Positions 1 through 9,910 of a DNA stretch of 64,000 nucleotides are shown here, piece after piece. The DNA is from Sphingobacteriia bacterium. Its GTDB lineage: Bacteria > Bacteroidota > Bacteroidia > Bacteroidales > UBA7960. The stretch lies in contig JAABRR010000001.1 in assembly GCA_011390785.1 (NCBI GenBank), positions 58,742-122,741 on the forward strand, read 5' to 3'. The notes below the pieces were generated by a model that saw only the letters and a program-made list of their open reading frames with translations, made no database searches and was not told the origin of the DNA. Both the position numbers and the translations under genes were made by a program. Each line of letters opens with the position of its first letter. The first letter of the stretch is position 1.

Positions 1-342
1 GAAGATTTAAAAGGGGATGCCAAAACAGGTTGCCGAACGCTACCCATCGTTATGGGATTAAGAAAATCCAAAGCTATTATTATCGCTCTTCAGGTTATCA
101 TAATCATGTTTTTAATTGCTATCCAGTTTTTTGTTTTAAGATATGAATTACACCTTCTTTTTGCCTACATTGTGCTTACAGTGCAGTTACCAATTATTTT
201 TCTGATCAACAAAATCATAATAGCCCATGAAAAACCTGATTATCAATATCTGAGTAATTTTTCAAAATTTACTATGATGGCAGGTGTACTCTCTATGCCT
301 GTTTTATATTTTTACCTGATCAATGGTTTTGTCATCTATTAA
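1..342 (+). CDS. UbiA-family prenyltransferase (DGGGP-synthase-like), 5' truncated by window edge
   Basis: Frame is open from base 1 (EDLKGDAKTGCRTLPIVMG), matching the second Asp-rich UbiA motif, followed by hydrophobic helices; lies upstream of maf. Confidence 0.75.
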   Translation, partial: EDLKGDAKTGCRTLPIVMGLRKSKAIIIALQVIIIMFLIAIQFFVLRYELHLLFAYIVLTVQLPIIFLINKIIIAHEKPDYQYLSNFSKFTMMAGVLSMPVLYFYLINGFVIY

Positions 343-357
343 TTAGCCCAGAAAAAA

Positions 358-960
358 ATGATTCTTTTTAATCAGTTAAAAGATTATGATTTAATACTCG
401 GATCGCAATCTCCCCGCCGAAAGGAATTACTCGAATCAGCAGGTTTTACATTTCGTACTTTCTCAATACCCACATCAGAAGATTTTCCCAATACCCTGAA
501 ACCTTACGATATTGCTCAATACCTGGCCAGACAGAAAGCCATACCCTATTCGGAGCATCTTAGGGAAAATACAATAGTTATTACCGCTGATACCATTGTG
601 GTAAAAGATAACCAAATACTAAATAAGGCAGCTGACACACAACAAGCCAGCGAAATGCTTTCAATCCTAAACAATACCAGCCATAAGGTAATAACAGGGG
701 TTTGCATTACATCGAAAAAGTATCAGACATGCTTTTTTGAAACCACAAAGGTCTTTTTCTCAAAACTAACGCAGGACGAAATCAACTGGTATATTGACAA
801 ATATCACCCGTTTGATAAGGCCGGAGCCTATGGCATACAGGAATGGATCGGTATGACAGGAGTTGAAAAAATAGAAGGTTGCTACTATAATGTAGTGGGT
901 TTACCAGTGCCGCGATTATTTAGAGAAATGAAGAGGTTTGTCCAAAATTTTATTTTATAG
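358..960 (+). CDS. maf: Maf-family nucleoside triphosphate pyrophosphatase
   Basis: ILGSQSPRRKELL, ADTIV, DKAGAYGIQ and NVVGLP motifs. Confidence 0.95.
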   Translation: MILFNQLKDYDLILGSQSPRRKELLESAGFTFRTFSIPTSEDFPNTLKPYDIAQYLARQKAIPYSEHLRENTIVITADTIVVKDNQILNKAADTQQASEMLSILNNTSHKVITGVCITSKKYQTCFFETTKVFFSKLTQDEINWYIDKYHPFDKAGAYGIQEWIGMTGVEKIEGCYYNVVGLPVPRLFREMKRFVQNFIL

Positions 961-1016
961 GCCGGGCAAAGAATATTTCTTTTACTTTTGCCCAACAAAA
1001 AAAGAAAAAACCCGAT

Positions 1017-2162
1017 ATGAATATTGTTGTAAATACTCAGTTGATGCTCTTCGGAAAACTTGATGGCATCGGCTGGTTTACATATGAAACCATTACCAGA
1101 ATTACCAGAGCTCACCCTGAACATCGGTTTTTTCTAATTTTTGACCGCAAACCCAAACCCGAACTTACCTTCCCCGAAAACACAAAAATAATTGTTTTAT
1201 ACCCGCACTCAAGGCATCCGTTTTTGTGGTTTTTAAGGTTTGAGATCCTTATGCCCCTGTTGCTTAAAAAGCTTAAGGCTGATATTTTTGTTTCGCCCGA
1301 TGGATGGATGACTCTATCAACAAAAATTCCTTGTGTGCAGGTTCTACATGACTTGAATTTTGTTCACAACCCTAAAGATATTCCTTTTTGGACCAGAAAT
1401 TACTACAATATTCTATTTCCACGGTATGCCAGAAAAGCGACGATAATTGCCACAGTAAGTGATTTTTCCAGGCAGGATATAATAAAAACCTACAATGTAC
1501 CAGAAAGTAAGATTATTGTTACTCCCAACGGATGCAGCGTTGATTATTCTCCTACAACACCTGAAGAGCAGCAGGAGACAAGGGCAAAATACACAGATGG
1601 CAATCCGTTTTTTATGTATGTTGGCGCACTCATTCCCCGAAAAAATATTGCGCGCATGCTAACCGCCTTTGATCTTTTTAAACAAACCGATCGACAAAAT
1701 ACAAGGCTTGTGGTAGTAGGTAACCGAAAATGGTGGACTTCTAACATAAATGAAGCATGGGAAAATATGAAATACAAAGATGATGTTGTATTTCCCGGAA
1801 GAATGCAAACTCCAGAATTAAGACAACTTTACTCGGCAAGCAAAGCTTTGGTATTTGTGCCCTATTTCGAAGGTTTTGGCATTCCCATTCTGGAAGCCTT
1901 TCATTGTGACACTGCAGTTATAACATCTAACGTTACGTCTATGCCTGAAGTAGCAGGTGATGCTGCACTGCTTACCGACCCCTACAATGTTACAGACATT
2001 GCAAGTGCCATGACGCAAATCAACACAGACAATCAACTAAGAAACGATCTGATTGAACGTGGCCGAAAACGAAGAAAGCTTTTCTCGTGGGATATAACAG
2101 CCAATAAATTATGGGGCTGCATAGAAGAAGCAGTTGAAAAGCATAAAAAAACCGGTAAATAA
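1017..2162 (+). CDS. GT4-family glycosyltransferase
   Basis: PRKN and EGFGIPILEA motifs, SMPEVAGDAA. Confidence 0.92.
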   Translation: MNIVVNTQLMLFGKLDGIGWFTYETITRITRAHPEHRFFLIFDRKPKPELTFPENTKIIVLYPHSRHPFLWFLRFEILMPLLLKKLKADIFVSPDGWMTLSTKIPCVQVLHDLNFVHNPKDIPFWTRNYYNILFPRYARKATIIATVSDFSRQDIIKTYNVPESKIIVTPNGCSVDYSPTTPEEQQETRAKYTDGNPFFMYVGALIPRKNIARMLTAFDLFKQTDRQNTRLVVVGNRKWWTSNINEAWENMKYKDDVVFPGRMQTPELRQLYSASKALVFVPYFEGFGIPILEAFHCDTAVITSNVTSMPEVAGDAALLTDPYNVTDIASAMTQINTDNQLRNDLIERGRKRRKLFSWDITANKLWGCIEEAVEKHKKTGK

Positions 2163-2180
2163 TAAACTTTACCGGTTTTT
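2146..2180. terminator. Bidirectional intrinsic terminator
   Basis: AAAAAACCGGTAAA...TTTACCGGTTTTT inverted repeat between convergent genes. Confidence 0.8.
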
Positions 2181-2199
2181 AGCAATGGGAATGATCAAT

Positions 2200-2880
2200 T
2201 TATCGTCTGCTTCCCATAAAAATCATAATGTAATAAAGCAATGTAGCCAACGAAGCCAATGCCGCAACCACGTAGGTTAGCGAAGCCCATTTAAGAGCAT
2301 CTTTGGCATTGCTGTGTTCTTCTCCAACTGTAAGTCCTGTTTCACGCAACCAGATCAAAGCACGATTAGTGGCATCAAATTCTACAGGCAAAGTAATAAA
2401 ACTGAAAAGAGTTGTGATGGCAAACATAACAATACCCGCCAGCAAAATTCCAGGATAAGCCTGAATAGTAAGAATACCTGCAAGCAATACCCATTGCATG
2501 TAGCGTGAACTTACACTAATAACCGGCACCAGGGCCGAACGCATTTTTAAAAACGCATAGGAACGTTCGTGCTGAACTGCATGACCGCATTCGTGTGCAG
2601 CCACAGCAGCTGCAGAAATGCTTCTGCCACTATAAACATCAGGGCTGAGATTAACCGTTTTATCCAAAGGATTGTAATGATCAGTTAACTTTCCGGGCGT
2701 AGATATAACCCTAACACCACTTACTCCACTGTCGCGAAGCATTTTTTCGGCAACCTCCCTGCCAGACAGACCAGAGCGCAGACCAACTTTTGAATATTTA
2801 TTGAATTTGGATTTTAGAGTGCTGGAAACCAACCAGCTTAACAACATAAAAACACCGAAAATTACATATATGCCTAACAT
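2200..2880 (-). CDS. YugP-family membrane zinc metallopeptidase
   Basis: LTDHYNP, AAHECGHAVQH (HExxH) and TLPVEFDA motifs. Confidence 0.92.
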   Translation of the reverse strand: MLGIYVIFGVFMLLSWLVSSTLKSKFNKYSKVGLRSGLSGREVAEKMLRDSGVSGVRVISTPGKLTDHYNPLDKTVNLSPDVYSGRSISAAAVAAHECGHAVQHERSYAFLKMRSALVPVISVSSRYMQWVLLAGILTIQAYPGILLAGIVMFAITTLFSFITLPVEFDATNRALIWLRETGLTVGEEHSNAKDALKWASLTYVVAALASLATLLYYIMIFMGSRR

Positions 2881-2924
2881 ATCTTTAAAGATTAAAATTT
2901 CAATTTAAAATAACAGCTGCTAAA

Positions 2925-2967
2925 TGTCAAAAAGCAAGCCATTTAGTCAGAAAATGACATTATGTCC
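2925..2967 (-). promoter_or_regulatory. Possible sigma54-type -24/-12 promoter with upstream TGACA-N3-TGTC palindrome
   Basis: Minus strand reads TGGCTTGCTTTTTGA about 45 nt before the yugP-like start; TGACATTATGTCC at 2955-2967. Confidence 0.4.
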
Positions 2968-3117
2968 TGAGTTAAAAATGGTTAACCTTTTTAATTAAAT
3001 GATTAACACATCTTCAAACAACCCTGATCTTACCTTGTTTACAGTGTTGTGATTTTTTCACCAAAAAAAACTTTAGTTTCGCAACCGAAAAATAAATTTA
3101 CAAATCTTCGCTAAGCC

Positions 3118-3696
3118 ATGAATGAAAACATGTTCAACTATCGTCCTGTAATGCAGAAAATCATCAATGCATTCCTGCAGGGGTTGTTACTTATATCACC
3201 AATATCCATAACCATTTTTGTTATTTATAAACTTTTAGAGTTTATTGATGGTTTGCTCCCATTAAAAATACCCGGGTTGGGTTTGCTGATAATTTTTGGT
3301 TCAATTACCTTTATCGGGTTCGTTGGCTCAGTGATTATTAAACGCCCCCTTACCTTTATCTTTCAAAAGGTAATTGAACGAATTCCTCTCATTAAAATTT
3401 TATATACATCCATTGCTGATTTGCTATCGGCATTTGTAGGGCAAAAGAAGAAGTTTACTGAGCCGGTTATGGTTTTAATGAACAAGGAAAGTAACGTTAG
3501 AAAACTGGGTTTCATTACCGAAAAAGATCTGCAAACCATTGGAATAAGCCATGATTTTGTTGCGGTTTACCTGCCTCATTCGTATAACTTTTCGGGCAAT
3601 ATGTTTATAGTCCCGGCAGAAAATGTAATACCTGTTGATGCCAACCCTGCAGAGTTTATGAAATTCATAGTTTCTGGTGGTGTTACCAAAGTTTAA
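3118..3696 (+). CDS. DUF502-family membrane protein
   Basis: RIPLIKILYTSI, VAVYLPHSYNFSG and KFIVSGG pattern. Confidence 0.88.
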   Translation: MNENMFNYRPVMQKIINAFLQGLLLISPISITIFVIYKLLEFIDGLLPLKIPGLGLLIIFGSITFIGFVGSVIIKRPLTFIFQKVIERIPLIKILYTSIADLLSAFVGQKKKFTEPVMVLMNKESNVRKLGFITEKDLQTIGISHDFVAVYLPHSYNFSGNMFIVPAENVIPVDANPAEFMKFIVSGGVTKV

Positions 3697-3743
3697 ACAC
3701 TTTTCAATTTCCGGGATATACTTTGAGATTAATTTTATTTTTA

Positions 3744-3751
3744 TAGCTTTG
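3744..3751 (+). promoter_or_regulatory. Bacteroidota housekeeping -7 promoter element upstream of surE
   Basis: TAGCTTTG matches TAnnTTTG. Similar elements: 12537, 22843, 35414, 56914, 57505 (+) and 10763, 47429, 63509 (-). Confidence 0.6.
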
Positions 3752-3767
3752 CGCAAAATAGAAAACT

Positions 3768-4538
3768 ATGCATAAACCCATAATTTTAATTACCAACGAT
3801 GATGGCATTATGGCACCGGGCATCAGAAACCTTGTTGCTTTTATGCGTGAAATAGGCGATGTAGTGGTAGTAGCCCCTGATAAGGGACAAAGCGGCATGG
3901 GCCATGCTGTTACCATTACCCACCCGCTAAGATTAGAAAAAGTGGATGTAGATGGTGATCATCAGGAATTTAGTTGCAGCGGCACACCTGTTGACTGCGT
4001 AAAGCTAGCTGTAAACAAGGTTTTGCATCGCAAACCTGATGTTTTGGTTTCAGGCATCAATCATGGCAGCAATTCTTCTATCAATGTTATTTACAGTGGT
4101 ACAATGTCGGCAGCCATAGAAGGTGCCATGGAAGGGATACCCAGTATTGGTTTTTCTTTGCTGGATTACAGCCTTGATGCAGATTTTGTTTCAGCCAAAT
4201 CTTATATCCAATCTATTGTTCGCAATGTATTAGCCCACGGATTACCCAAAGGCAACTGCCTCAATGTAAATATCCCCGCTGTAAAAACAAAGCAAATCAA
4301 AGGAGTTAAAGTTTGCCGTCAGGCAGATGCCAACTGGGTGGAAGAATTTGATCATCGCAAGGACCCACGTGGAAAAGACTATTACTGGCTTACCGGGAAA
4401 TTTGAGCTTTTTGAAAATAGCGATGAAACTGATGAATGGGCACTGGCAAATAACTATATTTCGGTGGTACCTGTTCAATTTGATTTTACTGCATACCCAA
4501 TGATTGAAAAACTTAAAAACTGGAATTTCGATGCTTAA
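3768..4538 (+). CDS. surE: 5'/3'-nucleotidase SurE
   Basis: ILITNDDG, SGTPVDCV, SGINHG and YSGT motifs. Confidence 0.97.
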   Translation: MHKPIILITNDDGIMAPGIRNLVAFMREIGDVVVVAPDKGQSGMGHAVTITHPLRLEKVDVDGDHQEFSCSGTPVDCVKLAVNKVLHRKPDVLVSGINHGSNSSINVIYSGTMSAAIEGAMEGIPSIGFSLLDYSLDADFVSAKSYIQSIVRNVLAHGLPKGNCLNVNIPAVKTKQIKGVKVCRQADANWVEEFDHRKDPRGKDYYWLTGKFELFENSDETDEWALANNYISVVPVQFDFTAYPMIEKLKNWNFDA

Positions 4539-4818
4539 AAAAGACAACTGGTTATTGGGTATCATTCTGGGGGGTGTTTCTCCGCTGGTTATTTATTTTG
4601 CATTGGTGGCAGCTATTGAATACTGGGCCAGTATCGATAAAAGGTTGCATCCCGCACTCATAGAAAAATCAACCCTTTTGTTGGTGGGTATTTTCGTAAA
4701 CATGTTTATCTTTCGATACTACATGGTAAATTTACGTTTCGACAAAACCGGCAGAGGTATTCTACTTGCCACTTTTATTTACGCAGGCTATTTTCTATAC
4801 AGATATATTGGTCAATAG
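4531..4818 (+). CDS. Small membrane protein, unknown function
   Basis: ATG at 4531 overlaps the surE end; three hydrophobic segments. Confidence 0.7.
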   Translation: MLKKDNWLLGIILGGVSPLVIYFALVAAIEYWASIDKRLHPALIEKSTLLLVGIFVNMFIFRYYMVNLRFDKTGRGILLATFIYAGYFLYRYIGQ

Positions 4819-4858
4819 TTCCCTTACAAGAACACGTCATTTTTTGTATTTCACTCAA

Positions 4859-4987
4859 GAGCCCACTCCAAAAACTAACAGACCCCCCGATCCCCAAAAG
4901 GGGGAGCTCGCAACTAATTGATATTGTGGGTGATAAAAATCATTTGTATCGATAAATATCAGAAAAAGAACTTTCCGGAGTGGCCTC
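4859..4987. mobile_element. MITE/REP-like element with imperfect terminal inverted repeats
   Basis: GAGCCCACTCCAAAAACT (4859-4876) vs reverse complement of 4970-4987 (GAGGCCACTCCGGAAAGT): 14/18 match; internal CCCCC..GGGGG hairpin; lies between convergent genes. Confidence 0.5.
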
Positions 4988-5005
4988 ACTTAAAAATATG
5001 AATGG

Positions 5006-5584
5006 TTATTTCCTCTTGAATATACCCTCTCTTATACCAATGCCTTTGGGTTGCACCGGAAACCCAAAATAACCATCTTTAACAGCTTTGATTTCTTCAA
5101 TAGTAAAGAATGCATGCGGATTATACTCATTAATGGCCTGTATAACCTGGGGAACTTTTTTCCTTTTTACGATGGTAAGCAATACTTTCACTTTACTTCC
5201 CATAACCCCTTCTGCATCTATTTGGGTAACCCCAAATCCTTGATCCTTAAGATAACTGATGAGCTCAGTAGTCTTATTTTTGGGGATAACCCTAATCATT
5301 ACCGTACCCAACGAAAGTTTTTCTTCAATAAGAATGCCGATATAATTACCCATGGCAAAACCGGCACCATAGGCAATATACGACATGGGATTATTTAAAT
5401 GCTTCATTACCTGGGCAACCGCCAGTAACCATATAATCACTTCAAAAAACCCGAAAAAGGGAGCAACATTTTTCAATCCCTTCGACACAAAAATGACCCT
5501 TAATGTACCTATACTCTGATCAAGAATGCGCGAAAAGAATATTAACAACGGCAAAACAACCCATGACCACCAAAAGGTATCCAT
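5006..5584 (-). CDS. UPF0316 (DUF5698/DUF2179) membrane protein
   Basis: RILDQSIGTLR, GFFEVIIWL, AYGAGFAMGNYIG; C-terminal PII-like domain. Confidence 0.88.
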   Translation of the reverse strand: MDTFWWSWVVLPLLIFFSRILDQSIGTLRVIFVSKGLKNVAPFFGFFEVIIWLLAVAQVMKHLNNPMSYIAYGAGFAMGNYIGILIEEKLSLGTVMIRVIPKNKTTELISYLKDQGFGVTQIDAEGVMGSKVKVLLTIVKRKKVPQVIQAINEYNPHAFFTIEEIKAVKDGYFGFPVQPKGIGIREGIFKRK

Positions 5585-5666
5585 AGCTATATATTTTTAT
5601 GGTTTGTAAAGAGCATCACAATGCCAGAAACCCAGCATCCGGTGCCATGAAACTCTCTTTTCCTTA

Positions 5667-6569
5667 TTAATAATAATTGTACTCGTGCCTCAGAGAATAG
5701 TTTCGCGAAAGTCCTCGTCCGCTTCCATCAATAAACACATCGGACGTAAGTAGTTTTTTTTGCTTATCGTAGGCTCTTTGAACCCTACTTACCAGGTTTC
5801 CGTTACGATCAAACTCTTCCTGACCAATAATATTGCCTGCTTCATCGTAAGTAAATTGAGTGATGTTTTTCCGCGACACATTCTCTTCTAAAACCTGAGT
5901 CAGTTGTCCGTTTTCATTTTCTTCCATCAAAACCTTCTCTATCAACTGATCATCATTGTAGGTTAGAATTTCCTTCTTTGTTCCGGAAGGATGGTAGGCT
6001 GTTGTTTTCCTTATAGTAGAACCTGCCATACCATCAAATTCGGTATAATCTGTTACATTCCCTTTCTCGTCGAAGGTCCAGTGTTTTTCATTAACAATAT
6101 CTCCATCGGCATCGTGCATAAGGTAATGCGATATAAAGCCATTTTCATACTCATAAGTTTCGGAAGATTCTCTTTCACCATCAGGATCAATGGTTTCTTT
6201 AAATCTCAATAAACCCTGATCGTTATACTGATACTGAATGATATCGAAAGACCCATCAGTATAATGCCTGAACTCCCTAGTGATGTTGCCTTTCTCATCA
6301 TACGCAAAAGTTTTGTGCTCTGCAACAAAGCCATCATCTTCCTTCATAATCTCTTCAAAGAGAAACCCCTGGTCGTTATAGAGAAATTCATATTCCTGCA
6401 CGATCTTCTCTTCTGCATCGTAATGAATTTCACTAACTACCTTTTCCTTGCTGTTAAAACGGGTACGCTGGAAAATATACTCCATTTCTTCAAGATGGTC
6501 ATCTACAGCAGATTTGAGCAATACTTCCTTTTTATAAACTACTAATTCTTTTAATACAGGTTTTGACAT
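5667..6569 (-). CDS. YD/RHS-like repeat protein, acidic, no signal peptide
   Basis: Repeated YNDQG, YDEKGN, FDEKGN and YDEAGN beta-hairpin units. Confidence 0.7.
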   Translation of the reverse strand: MSKPVLKELVVYKKEVLLKSAVDDHLEEMEYIFQRTRFNSKEKVVSEIHYDAEEKIVQEYEFLYNDQGFLFEEIMKEDDGFVAEHKTFAYDEKGNITREFRHYTDGSFDIIQYQYNDQGLLRFKETIDPDGERESSETYEYENGFISHYLMHDADGDIVNEKHWTFDEKGNVTDYTEFDGMAGSTIRKTTAYHPSGTKKEILTYNDDQLIEKVLMEENENGQLTQVLEENVSRKNITQFTYDEAGNIIGQEEFDRNGNLVSRVQRAYDKQKKLLTSDVFIDGSGRGLSRNYSLRHEYNYY

Positions 6570-6615
6570 ACTCTTGAAATTGACTTTTTTATTAATTTTT
6601 CAATAGGTAAACGGG

Positions 6616-8769
6616 CTAATCAACAAGTTTCATTTCGTTCAATAAATAACCTGCCCCGGCAAACTTATCAATGATAAAAAGAATATAGCGGACATCAACA
6701 CTTATAGTACGCTGCAATTCGTGTTCAAAAAGAATGTCGCCACTCATGGCTTCCCAGTTGCCATCAAAAGCCAAACCAATAAGGTTTCCTGAGCCATCAA
6801 GTACCGGACTTCCGGAATTACCGCCGGTTATATCATTATTAGACACAAAGTTTAAAGGTAGTAAACCTTTGCTACCATATGGCCCGAAATCCTTATTACG
6901 ATATAAATGTGAAAGTTCATCAGGCACGACAAACTCATGATGATCAGGATTTTCTTTCTCCATAACACCTTCCAGAGTAGTAATATAGTCAAAATAAACA
7001 GCATTGGCAGGTTGGTATCCTTTAACCGTTCCATAGGTAAAACGCATGGTTGAGTTGGCATCAGGATAATACATTCCTTCCGGGTCCATTTCACGTATTC
7101 CCTTTACATATAGCCTTCTGGCAGTAGAAAGCATATCGGAATTTTCTTTCATCTGGCTCATAACATTTTCAGCTTTGGCAAAAACGCTGGTTGCCGTTCT
7201 GAAAGCCCAATCACGCTCCATGGTTCGTTTTTTTGGATTATCCAGAAACTTCAATAACCTATCTTTATCAGCAAAAATGGATTTTTGGTAAACATCTCGG
7301 GCAAATCTGTTAAAATTACCGTTATACTTTTTGTTTATCTTCTCAAAAATATCGGCTTTTAAATTAGCGGGCAGGTTGTTATTGTAAGTTTCCATCATGG
7401 CAGCCCAGAGCTTCTGGTCTACATCAGCATTATAGTTTCTGTACAAACGGTCTACAAAACTTTTCATCCTATCTGCTTCCTGTGCTATATCCTGCTGCGA
7501 AGCTCCGTTTTGTAAAAGCTCATTCAATTTATTAAAACTACGGGCAAACCGAAGTACATCAGGCCCGGAAGCCACCGCTTCGCTATATACCATCGAAAAG
7601 TAGCCAAATGAGTTATATCCTTCATAAACCTTTTCAAATGTTGACATTACATCACCATATTGTTTTTGCCTGTCGGGTGATTTTGATACCCATTGGGCAA
7701 AAGTTTCTTCCTGCACACGTTTCGAATCAGCAACACGATGCTTCTTTAAAGAATTTTCCATACCCATAAAGTTCTTCCAATAGTTGGAAATACCAGACTG
7801 TTTAGATGCATACATAATCCGAAGTTCATCGCTTTCAGCCATGGCTTTTTCAATAATATCGAGCTTTGCCCTTCTTATCTCAATTCTTTTGGGCAATTCA
7901 ACATTCACTTTATAATCGATGCCATGCGAGGTAAGAAATCTGTCAGTAGATCCAGGGAAACCCAGAATCATAGAAAAATCTCCTTCTTTAATACCACTTG
8001 TTGAAACGGGGAGAAAATGTCTGGGCTTCAGGGGAATGTTATCGGCATGATACTCCGCCGGAGAGCCATCAGGTGCAGTATAAATACGGAAAAGAGAAAA
8101 ATCGCCGGTATGACGGGGCCACATCCAGTTATCCGTGTCGCCACCAAATTTCCCGATGGATGATGGGGGTGTACCTACCAGTCTGACATCATTGTAGCTT
8201 TCATAAACAAACAGATAGAAATCGTTGCCCGAAAACATTGGCCTTACATTGGCCGTGTATTGATTCCCGTTTTTAGCAGCATTGGAAATACTATCGCTAA
8301 GCTGACTGATTTTACTGTTTCTTTCGCTTACCGACATCCTTTCGTTTAGCTGGCCGTTTATGTGTTCCGTAACATCGGTAACACTAACCAGGAACCTTAC
8401 AAAAAGGCCTGGATTGGGTAGTTCTTCGCTTTTATTCATTGCCCAGAAGCCTTCTCTCAGATAATCATTTTGGGGAGTGCTGTGATACTGAATACGTCCA
8501 TATCCACAGTGATGGTTGGTTAGCAACAAACCTTCAGAAGAAATAATTTCCGCAGTACACCCTCCGCCAAAGCTAACTATGGCATCTTTTATGCTCGACT
8601 GGTTGAGGCTAAAGATCTCTTCGCGTGTAAGCTCAAGACCCATTTGTTGCATCTCTTCATAGAGAATATCATTGATAAGAAAGGGGAGCCACATCCCTTC
8701 ATCGGCTCTGCCTGGCTTTAGTGACGCTGCCAGAAAAATAAACACGAAAAATAATTTTTTCCTACTCAT
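6616..8769 (-). CDS. S46-family dipeptidyl peptidase (DPP7-like)
   Basis: ADEGMW, TNHHC, DNWMWPRHTGDF, catalytic TGGNSGSPV; FDGNWE has Gly at the DPP7-type specificity position. Confidence 0.95.
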   Translation of the reverse strand: MSRKKLFFVFIFLAASLKPGRADEGMWLPFLINDILYEEMQQMGLELTREEIFSLNQSSIKDAIVSFGGGCTAEIISSEGLLLTNHHCGYGRIQYHSTPQNDYLREGFWAMNKSEELPNPGLFVRFLVSVTDVTEHINGQLNERMSVSERNSKISQLSDSISNAAKNGNQYTANVRPMFSGNDFYLFVYESYNDVRLVGTPPSSIGKFGGDTDNWMWPRHTGDFSLFRIYTAPDGSPAEYHADNIPLKPRHFLPVSTSGIKEGDFSMILGFPGSTDRFLTSHGIDYKVNVELPKRIEIRRAKLDIIEKAMAESDELRIMYASKQSGISNYWKNFMGMENSLKKHRVADSKRVQEETFAQWVSKSPDRQKQYGDVMSTFEKVYEGYNSFGYFSMVYSEAVASGPDVLRFARSFNKLNELLQNGASQQDIAQEADRMKSFVDRLYRNYNADVDQKLWAAMMETYNNNLPANLKADIFEKINKKYNGNFNRFARDVYQKSIFADKDRLLKFLDNPKKRTMERDWAFRTATSVFAKAENVMSQMKENSDMLSTARRLYVKGIREMDPEGMYYPDANSTMRFTYGTVKGYQPANAVYFDYITTLEGVMEKENPDHHEFVVPDELSHLYRNKDFGPYGSKGLLPLNFVSNNDITGGNSGSPVLDGSGNLIGLAFDGNWEAMSGDILFEHELQRTISVDVRYILFIIDKFAGAGYLLNEMKLVD

Positions 8770-8816
8770 TGTAAATTAAAATATCGGATAAGGGTTAATA
8801 ATATTAGTGGGGCTGA

Positions 8817-9908
8817 TTATATAAGATCATCCCCTTTAGAAAGTTTCACATCGTTTACAAATTTTCTTATTTGTTGTTCCTGGTTTTTTTGACAAACCAA
8901 AAGGGAGTTATTGTATTCAGCAACAATGTAATTCTCCAGCCCCTGTAAAACAACAAGTTTTTCATTGGGAACATTAACAATACAATTGGTCGTATCATAG
9001 GTCATTACATTTTTGCCTGTAATAGCGTTCGTGTTCCCATCTTTTTCCATCGATTCAAACAAAGAGCCCCATGTTCCAAGATCGGACCACCCAAAATCAG
9101 AAATAAAAACAAAAACATTATCAGCCTTTTCCATGATGGCATAATCAATAGAGATACTTTTGCAGGCAGGATAAGCATTATCGATATAAGCTTCTTCTTT
9201 AGGGGTATTGTATAAACCCACGGCCCTTTGAAAGACATCAGAAATTTCGGGCTGAAAATTTTCAAATGCACTGATTATAGACTTTGAAGACCAGATAAAA
9301 ATTCCTGAATTCCACAAAAAATCGCCACTTTGCAGGAAAGATTTTGCCAGTTCTTCGTTGGGTTTTTCAGTAAAAGTTTTCACCTTTCGCAGCAATTCAT
9401 TGTTTTCAAAATTCTGCCCGGCAACGTACTGAATATAACCGTATCCGGTATCGGGCCGTGATGGTTTGATACCGAGGGTGTAGAAATTATCACTTTGTGA
9501 TGCTTCTTTAAGCGCATCAGTAATAATTTCCGTAAAAACATTCTCTTTCATAATAATATGATCAGATGGGGCTACTACCATAGCTGCATCCGGATTAAGA
9601 TCATGGATTTTCCAGGCAGCATAGGCAATACAGGGTGCTGTATTCTTACGTGCCGGTTCACAAACAACCTGGTCAGCAGCAATACCATCAAGCTGTTGCA
9701 TTACAAGGTTGCGATAAATTTTATTGGTAACAATATAGATATTCTCTTTTTCGCAAACCTGTAAAAATCTGTCATAGGTTTGTTGAATAAGCGTTTTTCC
9801 TGTTCCTAAAATATCTATAAACTGTTTTGGCCGCTCAACATTGCTGACAGGCCAGAAACGCTCTCCAACGCCACCTGCCATAATTACGGCATAAAAGTTT
9901 TTATTCAT
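8817..9908 (-). CDS. manC: Mannose-1-phosphate guanylyltransferase
   Basis: AGGVGERFWP, PKQF, TGYGYI, FTEKP, WNSGIF and WSDLGTW motifs. Confidence 0.95.
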   Translation of the reverse strand: MNKNFYAVIMAGGVGERFWPVSNVERPKQFIDILGTGKTLIQQTYDRFLQVCEKENIYIVTNKIYRNLVMQQLDGIAADQVVCEPARKNTAPCIAYAAWKIHDLNPDAAMVVAPSDHIIMKENVFTEIITDALKEASQSDNFYTLGIKPSRPDTGYGYIQYVAGQNFENNELLRKVKTFTEKPNEELAKSFLQSGDFLWNSGIFIWSSKSIISAFENFQPEISDVFQRAVGLYNTPKEEAYIDNAYPACKSISIDYAIMEKADNVFVFISDFGWSDLGTWGSLFESMEKDGNTNAITGKNVMTYDTTNCIVNVPNEKLVVLQGLENYIVAEYNNSLLVCQKNQEQQIRKFVNDVKLSKGDDLI

Positions 9909-9910
9909 AA

